64,000 nt of DNA from Acidobacteriota bacterium (GTDB lineage: Bacteria > Acidobacteriota > UBA890 > WLXD01), in assembly GCA_965205505.1 (NCBI GenBank), contig CBDBHB010000006.1, positions 1 through 64,000 on the forward strand. The letters run 5' to 3'. Every line of letters starts with the position of its first letter. Position 1 is the first letter of the stretch. Under the pieces are notes generated by a model. The model ran no database searches, had not been told where the DNA came from, and saw only the letters and a program-made list of their open reading frames with translations. Both the position numbers and the translations under genes were made by a program. Below are positions 57,998-64,000 of this stretch, one piece after another.

Positions 57998-58699
57998 GTG
58001 CTCGGACTCCGCAGTCGCGTTGTGGTGCCTGAGGTCATGGATCAGCCAGGCCTCGACCCAAGTTCCCATCGACAGGCCCTCGCTGGGTTGGCTCGCGTGA
58101 ATCGGTTTTCGCGCGTGCCATCCACGATATGGCGCTCGGTGTCTCAGTCGCTCGATCGATCGAACGAGCTCAGCGTGCTCGACCTGGGCTGTGCTTCTGG
58201 CGATGTAGCGCTGGGGCTGTACCAGTGCGCCCTGGCCGCTGGGGTTCGACTTCGAGTCGAAGGTTGGGACATGAGCCCGTTGGCGATTGATCAAGCACGA
58301 AGAGCGGCAGAACGGTTGCGCACTCCGGCGCGCTTTCGCGTCGCTGATGTCCTTGTCGACGAATTGCCGAGTGGTTACGACGTTGTCATGAGCAACCTAC
58401 TGATCCACCATCTCGACGACGCTGACGCGGTTCGCCTGCTGGCGCGCATGCGCCAGGCCGCTGGTCGACTCGTGGTAGTCGACGATCTCGTGCGCGGGGC
58501 AGCCGGATATCTCCTCGCGTTCGTCGGAACACGCGTTCTGAGCCGGTCGAGCATCGTGCACACCGACGGGCCGCGCTCGGTACACGCCGCGTTCAAACCG
58601 GCCGAAGTTGTCGCGCGGGCACGCTCAGCGGGCCTGCGGCACGTGCGCATCCGCCGACACTGGCCGCGCCGATACCTGTTGCTGGCCGCGCCTCGATGA
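57998..58699 (+). CDS. SAM-dependent methyltransferase (type III PKS-associated)
   Basis: PEVMD, VLDLGCASGD, LIHHL, DGPRSV. Confidence 0.87.
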   Translation: MLGLRSRVVVPEVMDQPGLDPSSHRQALAGLARVNRFSRVPSTIWRSVSQSLDRSNELSVLDLGCASGDVALGLYQCALAAGVRLRVEGWDMSPLAIDQARRAAERLRTPARFRVADVLVDELPSGYDVVMSNLLIHHLDDADAVRLLARMRQAAGRLVVVDDLVRGAAGYLLAFVGTRVLSRSSIVHTDGPRSVHAAFKPAEVVARARSAGLRHVRIRRHWPRRYLLLAAPR

Positions 58700-59841
58700 C
58701 CAGCGCGGCCCTGACGGTGCCGACCGTGCCAATGCCCGGATCAGAGGAGCTCTGGGACGTGGTGGTCATCGGCGCGGGACCCGCCGGGTGCGCGGCGGCG
58801 ATCGCCGCGCGACGCAACGGCATGCGCGTGTTGCTCGTGGAGCGGTCAAAGCTGCCGCGCTACAAGGTCTGTGGCTGCTGCCTGTCGCCCAGGTGCCTAG
58901 CTCACCTGCGTTCCCTCGAGATCCCTGTCGATGCTGTTGGAGAGCCGCTTCGGGCAGTAACCATCGGTGGCTGGGGCCACCAAGCCGAGCTACAGCTCTG
59001 CGATGAGGTCGCCGTATCACGCGCCTGGCTCGACGCGAGCCTCGCACGGCGGGCCGTGGCGGCCGGGGTCGCTGTACTGCACCCCGCCACGGCGCGCCTG
59101 GATGATGAAGACGCCGTGCACCGGCGGCGTGTCACGTTGCGATCTTCGGTTGGTTCGCGGAAGGTAAGGACGCGCCTGGTGATCGCGGCGGACGGGCTTG
59201 CGGGTGCCACCCTCGACCGTATGCCGGCGCGGAAGCCGCCTTACGTCGGGGTGGGTGCGACTTTCGCCGCCGACACGGAAGGATTTGAACCCGGCACGGT
59301 CTACCTGGCGGTTGGCGGCGCCGGCTACGCAGGTGCCGTTCGTCTCGCCGATGGCATGGTCAACGTCGCCGCCTCCTTGCGAAGCCGGGCCGTGGCCGAG
59401 GCCGACTTCGTCGCCGTAACGAACCAGCTGTTTCGCGACGCCGGAATGCCCCGATTGCCGGACGGAGGTGTATGGCGCGGCACCCCGGGATTACGGTTCC
59501 GGCCGGCGCGCGCTACCCGGCAGCGGGTCATCGCCGCGGGCGACGCAGCGGGATTCTGGGAGCCTTTCACCGGAGAGGGCATCGGCTGGGCGCTCGAGGC
59601 AGGCGGTCGCGCCGGTGCTGCGGCGGCCGAGCTAGCGGGTCGTTGGAGCCAGACACGTGCACGCAGCTGGGCGCGTGAACAGCAGCGCTGGATCAGCCGT
59701 CGTCAGCGGCTTAGCCGTGCCGTCGGACTGCTTGCGGAGTGGCCTTGGATCGGAGCGCTAGCGCTCCGTGCACTGCGTGTGCGGCCGGATCTGGGTCGGT
59801 TCGTGATGCCGGGGCCGCATGCTCCGGCGATAGTGTCGTGA
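58696..59841 (+). CDS. FAD-dependent oxidoreductase (geranylgeranyl reductase/monooxygenase-like)
   Basis: VIGAGPAG, KVCG, AADG, GDAAG, PFTGEGI. Confidence 0.87.
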   Translation: MTSAALTVPTVPMPGSEELWDVVVIGAGPAGCAAAIAARRNGMRVLLVERSKLPRYKVCGCCLSPRCLAHLRSLEIPVDAVGEPLRAVTIGGWGHQAELQLCDEVAVSRAWLDASLARRAVAAGVAVLHPATARLDDEDAVHRRRVTLRSSVGSRKVRTRLVIAADGLAGATLDRMPARKPPYVGVGATFAADTEGFEPGTVYLAVGGAGYAGAVRLADGMVNVAASLRSRAVAEADFVAVTNQLFRDAGMPRLPDGGVWRGTPGLRFRPARATRQRVIAAGDAAGFWEPFTGEGIGWALEAGGRAGAAAAELAGRWSQTRARSWAREQQRWISRRQRLSRAVGLLAEWPWIGALALRALRVRPDLGRFVMPGPHAPAIVS

Positions 59842-60908
59842 ATATCCGCGGTATCGGCACGGCGTTGCCGCGCTTAGCAATCGCACAGGACGACGCTGCG
59901 ACGCTGAGCGCTGGGCTGGTGTGCCGCGACTCGCGACAGGAGCGTGTGTTGCGCACCCTCTTCCGCCGAACAGGGGTCGAACGTCGATACAGCGTCTTGC
60001 TCGAATCAGCGACGATGCCATGGCAGCGGTTCTATCCGCCGCGCCAGGGCGAAGCCTGCCGCGGCCCGTCGACCGGCGATCGGATGGAATCCTACGAGCA
60101 GCACGCGGGCGACTTGGGTGACATCGCTTCACGGCGCGCGCTTGCCGATGGCGATGTATCGCCGGGCGAGATCAGTCATCTGTTGACGGTGTCGTGCACG
60201 GGTCTCTTTGCTCCGGGGCTCGATGCCGGCCTGGTCTCGAGGCTCGGACTCAACCCCGAGGCCACCCGCACCCACCTCGGGTTCATGGGTTGCCACGGCC
60301 TGTTCAACGCGCTGGCGTTGGCGTCCCCGATCGCACGGAGTAGCGCGGAGGCCCGGATACTGGTCTGTGCTGTCGAGTTGTGCAGCCTGCACTACAGCTA
60401 TGCGTGGGATTCCGAGAAGCTGGTTGCCAACGCCCTGTTCGCCGATGGTGCTGCGGCTCTCGTGGTCGGAGGCTCGGGGCCGTCTATTCGCGTGTTGGCG
60501 CAGGGGTCGATACTGCTACCGGACAGCTCCGACGCCATGACCTGGCGGATTCGCGATCACGGGTTCGAGATGACGTTGTCGCCCATCCTACCCACACTGG
60601 TCCGAGATGGCGCCGCCCAGTGGGTGCTCGGCTGGCTCGCGTCGCAGGGTGTTCGTCCTGATGAGGTCGAGACATGGGCCATACATCCGGGTGGCCCACG
60701 CATTCTTGGCGCGTTTGCCGAGGCCCTGGATTTGGACGCCGGAATGCTGGCCCTGTCGCGGAGAGTCCTCGAGCGCCACGGCAACATGTCGTCCGTCACG
60801 ATCGGCTTCATTCTCGCTGCTGCACAGGACCAGAAGCTCACCGGGCCTGGCGTGGCGATCGGTCTAGGACCTGGGCTTACCGTCGAGGCGATGCTATTCG
60901 ATATGTAG
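59838..60908 (+). CDS. Type III polyketide synthase
   Basis: Cys-His-Asn triad: FMGCHG, IHPGG, HGNMSS; LFADG, GPGL. Confidence 0.93.
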   Translation: MNIRGIGTALPRLAIAQDDAATLSAGLVCRDSRQERVLRTLFRRTGVERRYSVLLESATMPWQRFYPPRQGEACRGPSTGDRMESYEQHAGDLGDIASRRALADGDVSPGEISHLLTVSCTGLFAPGLDAGLVSRLGLNPEATRTHLGFMGCHGLFNALALASPIARSSAEARILVCAVELCSLHYSYAWDSEKLVANALFADGAAALVVGGSGPSIRVLAQGSILLPDSSDAMTWRIRDHGFEMTLSPILPTLVRDGAAQWVLGWLASQGVRPDEVETWAIHPGGPRILGAFAEALDLDAGMLALSRRVLERHGNMSSVTIGFILAAAQDQKLTGPGVAIGLGPGLTVEAMLFDM

Positions 60909-60962
60909 CACGCCGATCGAAGCACGGGTGTGGGTACATGCGCGCGGCACGGCGCGCAGCGC

Positions 60963-63218
60963 TCAGAAACTCTGCTGCCGCAGACGCAGCGCGTTGGCAA
61001 CGACCGTCAACGACGACATTGCCATCGCCATCTCGGCAATCACCGGATGTAGAAGCCCAAGCACGGCGATAGGAACGGCCACGATGTTGTAGAAGAAGGC
61101 CCAGAACAGATTCTGGCGGATGATCGTGAACGTCCGGCGTGCGATCCGCACGGCGCGAACGACAGAATCGAGATCGCCGCGCACCACGGTGACGTCGGCC
61201 GCCTCGATCGCGATGTCGGTGCCGGTGCCGATAGCGATGCCGACGTCGGCTTGGGTGAGGGCGGGGGCGTCGTTGATCCCATCGCCCACCATGACGACCT
61301 TCTGGCCTTCCTGCTGATGCCGACGAATCCGTTCCAACTTGGTGTCGGGCAGCAAGCCAGCTTCCACTTCGGTAATGCCGACTCGTGCGGCGATTGCACG
61401 GGCGGTGCGCTCGTTATCGCCAGTAAGCATCAACGGCTCGAGGCCGAGCTGGCGCAACTGCGCGATCGCCGCTGCGGAATTTTCCTTGAGCGGGTCACTG
61501 ATCGCCAGCAATCCGGCCAACTTCCCGTCGATGGCCACGACGATGGCGGTCTCGGCGGCATTCTCCACCCGAGCAGCGTCGGTCTCTAGCGCCTCGAGCG
61601 CAATGCCGCGCTCGAGCATCATGGCCGGGCTCCCGACGACGATCTCTCTGTCGAGCGCTCGAGCCACCACGCCGCGACCGACAACGGCCTCGAAATGGTC
61701 GGCGGGTGGGAGATCGAGGCCGCGCGCACGTGCGGCCTCGACAACCGCCGCGGCCAGGGGGTGTTCCGAGGCGTTTTCTACCGCGGCGGCCAGCCTCAGG
61801 ACCTCGTTCTCATCGTAGTCTGGCGCGACGGTCATGCCGGTCAGTTGGGTGCTGCCGGCCGTCAGCGTGCCGGTCTTGTCGAAGGCAATGACGTCGGCGT
61901 CCACCAGGGCCTGTAGCGCCGCTCCCGAGCGGAATAGGATACCGTTCTCCGCGGCGCGTCCGGTTCCCACCATCAGCGCCGTCGGGGTGGCGAGGCCGAG
62001 AGCGCAGGGGCAGGCGATGACTAGCACGGCGACGGCGGCGAACACGGCTAGCGAGACCACACCCAGATCCGGGTTTACCCAGGGGAGTATGGTTGCTGTG
62101 GCGCGTGCCACGGTGCCGAGAGGTCCCGGTGCTACCACCCAGGCGATGAACGTGAGCGACGCGATCAACAGCGACGTGGGGACGAACACGGCAGTCACGC
62201 GGTCGGCGAGTAGCTGAATCGGAACCCTCGTCGATTGACATTGCTCCACCAACTGGATCACCTGCGCCAGAAAAGTATCGCTGCCGATGCGCGTGGCGCG
62301 CACTCGCAAGCGACCACGCTGGTTGAGCGTCGCGCCGATAACGTCATCGCCCGGTTGCTTGACGACCGGCAGCGGCTCCCCGGTTGCCATGGATTCGTCG
62401 ACGGTGCTGTTTCCTGCGACGACGACGCCGTCCGTAGGCACGCGCTCGCCCGGCCTGACCACCATGACGTCGCCGACCCCGACGTCCCCGATGCTCACCT
62501 CCCGCTCCTGCGCGTCGACCTCGATGCGGGCGCTCTTGGCGCCCAGCTCGACCAATCGTCGGATTGCGTCTGAGGCGCGGCCCCTGGCCTTGGTTTCGAT
62601 GTACCGCCCCGTCAGGTGAAAGGCCATGATCATCGCAGCGATGCCCGAGAAGCTGGTGATCGGTGTGAACAGGGCCAGCAGCCCGGTGGCGTAGGCTGCC
62701 AGTGTGCCGAGCGCGATGAGCACGTCCATGTTGGGGCTGCGACGACCAACCGCCGCCACCGCACTAGACAGCGTCTCGACGCCCACGACGAACAGAACCG
62801 GAAAAGCCAACATCAGCATCAGCAGCTGGTGCAGCAACGGATCGGGCCAGGGGCTGCCGAACGCCCAGCTGCCGGCCATGATCAGCATGATCGGCAAAGT
62901 GAATAGCCACGCGAAGAAGACACGTCCCTGGGCTTCGCGCAGCGCTGCCGGAGCCCTGACTTCGGCAGCGGAGGAGGCCGCGATCGGGGGCTCCGTAACA
63001 AGCTCGAAGCCGGCGGATGACACCGCCTCCGCCAGAGTGGACAGCTCAACGTCGCTGGCGTCGAATTCCACCCGTACCCTTTCGGTCGCCAGGTTGACGG
63101 TCGCATCGTTGACGCCCGGAAGAGCCTGCAGTACCCGGGCGACGTTGCCGGCGCAGGAGGCACAGTGCATGCCGCGTACCGGCAAAGTGCGGACGGTGGT
63201 TGCAGCGCCCGCGATCAC
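60963..63218 (-). CDS. copA: Cu(I)-translocating P1B-type ATPase
   Basis: GMHCASC, TGE, CPCALGL, DKTGT, SEHP, GDGIND, YN, MAMSS. Confidence 0.95.
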   Translation of the reverse strand: MIAGAATTVRTLPVRGMHCASCAGNVARVLQALPGVNDATVNLATERVRVEFDASDVELSTLAEAVSSAGFELVTEPPIAASSAAEVRAPAALREAQGRVFFAWLFTLPIMLIMAGSWAFGSPWPDPLLHQLLMLMLAFPVLFVVGVETLSSAVAAVGRRSPNMDVLIALGTLAAYATGLLALFTPITSFSGIAAMIMAFHLTGRYIETKARGRASDAIRRLVELGAKSARIEVDAQEREVSIGDVGVGDVMVVRPGERVPTDGVVVAGNSTVDESMATGEPLPVVKQPGDDVIGATLNQRGRLRVRATRIGSDTFLAQVIQLVEQCQSTRVPIQLLADRVTAVFVPTSLLIASLTFIAWVVAPGPLGTVARATATILPWVNPDLGVVSLAVFAAVAVLVIACPCALGLATPTALMVGTGRAAENGILFRSGAALQALVDADVIAFDKTGTLTAGSTQLTGMTVAPDYDENEVLRLAAAVENASEHPLAAAVVEAARARGLDLPPADHFEAVVGRGVVARALDREIVVGSPAMMLERGIALEALETDAARVENAAETAIVVAIDGKLAGLLAISDPLKENSAAAIAQLRQLGLEPLMLTGDNERTARAIAARVGITEVEAGLLPDTKLERIRRHQQEGQKVVMVGDGINDAPALTQADVGIAIGTGTDIAIEAADVTVVRGDLDSVVRAVRIARRTFTIIRQNLFWAFFYNIVAVPIAVLGLLHPVIAEMAMAMSSLTVVANALRLRQQSF

Positions 63219-63499
63219 CTCCCACGCTCCAGCACTTGCATTACCTCGCGCACGCGCTCATCGCGTACACGCCCGCTGCCGCTCTCTGCCGCCTGTATTA
63301 CGCAGTGGAGCAAGTGACGCTCGAGGATCGAGTCGTTCACACGTTGTAGGGCGCGCTGCACGGAGCGTATCTGAGTAAGGATGTCGATACAGTATCGATC
63401 GTCGTCGATCATTCGCTGCAGACCTCGGATTTGCCCCTCGATGCGGCGCAGCCGGCGGATCTCGTCTTGATGTGGCGCTCCATGGGGAGGGCTGCTCAT
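63215..63499 (-). CDS. csoR: CsoR-family copper-sensing repressor
   Basis: [16 protein letters not shown]...YCIDILTQ...HLLHC. Confidence 0.92.
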   Translation of the reverse strand: MSSPPHGAPHQDEIRRLRRIEGQIRGLQRMIDDDRYCIDILTQIRSVQRALQRVNDSILERHLLHCVIQAAESGSGRVRDERVREVMQVLERGR

Positions 63500-63528
63500 C
63501 ACGTGTCTCGATGCTCTCGGCGATGTGA

Positions 63529-63560
63529 TCTGGATACCATAGGGGGGTATAGTATCCAGA
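63529..63560. promoter_or_regulatory. CsoR operator
   Basis: TCTGGATAC-CATA-GGGGGG-TATA-GTATCCAGA: inverted repeat around a G-tract, 30 bp upstream of csoR. Confidence 0.85.
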
Positions 63561-63625
63561 GAGACACCGGGACACAACACGGGTCCGAGGATCGATAGAG
63601 AAAGGGAGACGGGTGACGGTTCCGA

Positions 63626-64000
63626 TCAGGAAACGGCCGCGTCGATCTCGCCGAACCGCCGGAAGATCTCGGCCTCTTGCTCGTCGCTGAGATAGCGGTC
63701 GGCAACCAGAAAGAGGATCTCATCCTCTTTGAGTAGATGCTCGAGCACGAGGTGGACGATGTAGAGGCCGTAACCCCTCAGCATCTGGGCGGCGAAATGA
63801 TCGTTGGTGCTGCGGCATTCCTCGAGCGTCTGCTTGAACTTACCGCTCATGATCTTGAGGTCTTCGTGATCGGCGATGCGGCCGTCGAGGTGAAGATCCT
63901 CGTCAAGGTAGCCCGCCAGCAAAGGGAAGAGCCCTTCCTCTTCCTTGCGATGATGCGTCGCCATCTCGCGATCGATGTACTGCGCCACCTCCTCGATCCG
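63626..64000 (-). CDS. Hemerythrin/HHE-domain protein (3' part)
   Basis: HHRKEEEGLFP, DHE, HLLKEDEILF. Confidence 0.85.
   Translation of the reverse strand, partial: RIEEVAQYIDREMATHHRKEEEGLFPLLAGYLDEDLHLDGRIADHEDLKIMSGKFKQTLEECRSTNDHFAAQMLRGYGLYIVHLVLEHLLKEDEILFLVADRYLSDEQEAEIFRRFGEIDAAVS

Overview
GC-rich bacterial genomic window; gene content (nuo, selA, mre/rodA, sigma54 two-component system, MSH/T2SS-like machinery) is compatible with an Acidobacteria-like diderm, which is an inference. Left arm: nuoABCDHIJKLMN operon lacking nuoEFG, selA, an IS110-family (IS1111-type) element whose target and donor guides can be read in its non-coding end, a kinase-like/Omp85 fusion, rng, rodA-mrdA-mreDCB, ppiD, nadE, a PRTase and an M48 peptidase. 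Centre (28.6-57.6 kb), the most unusual part: a PilS/PilR-like sigma54 system and a consensus -24/-12 promoter precede an array in which five small excisionase/BldC-like HTH genes (a sixth lies upstream) alternate with seven large GspG-like pilin paralogues. These are followed by a Gld-type ABC transporter and a PilB/PilC/GspG/PilMN/PilO/PilP/secretin/ExeA/TPR/SLT assembly operon with no PilT. Right arm: a 363-bp nested fold-back MITE-like element, a methyltransferase-FAD oxidoreductase-type III PKS trio, copA-csoR and a hemerythrin-like gene. Several 1-2 nt indels in conserved genes suggest consensus errors, so single-base oddities need read-level checks. All product calls come from motif recognition; no database searches were run.
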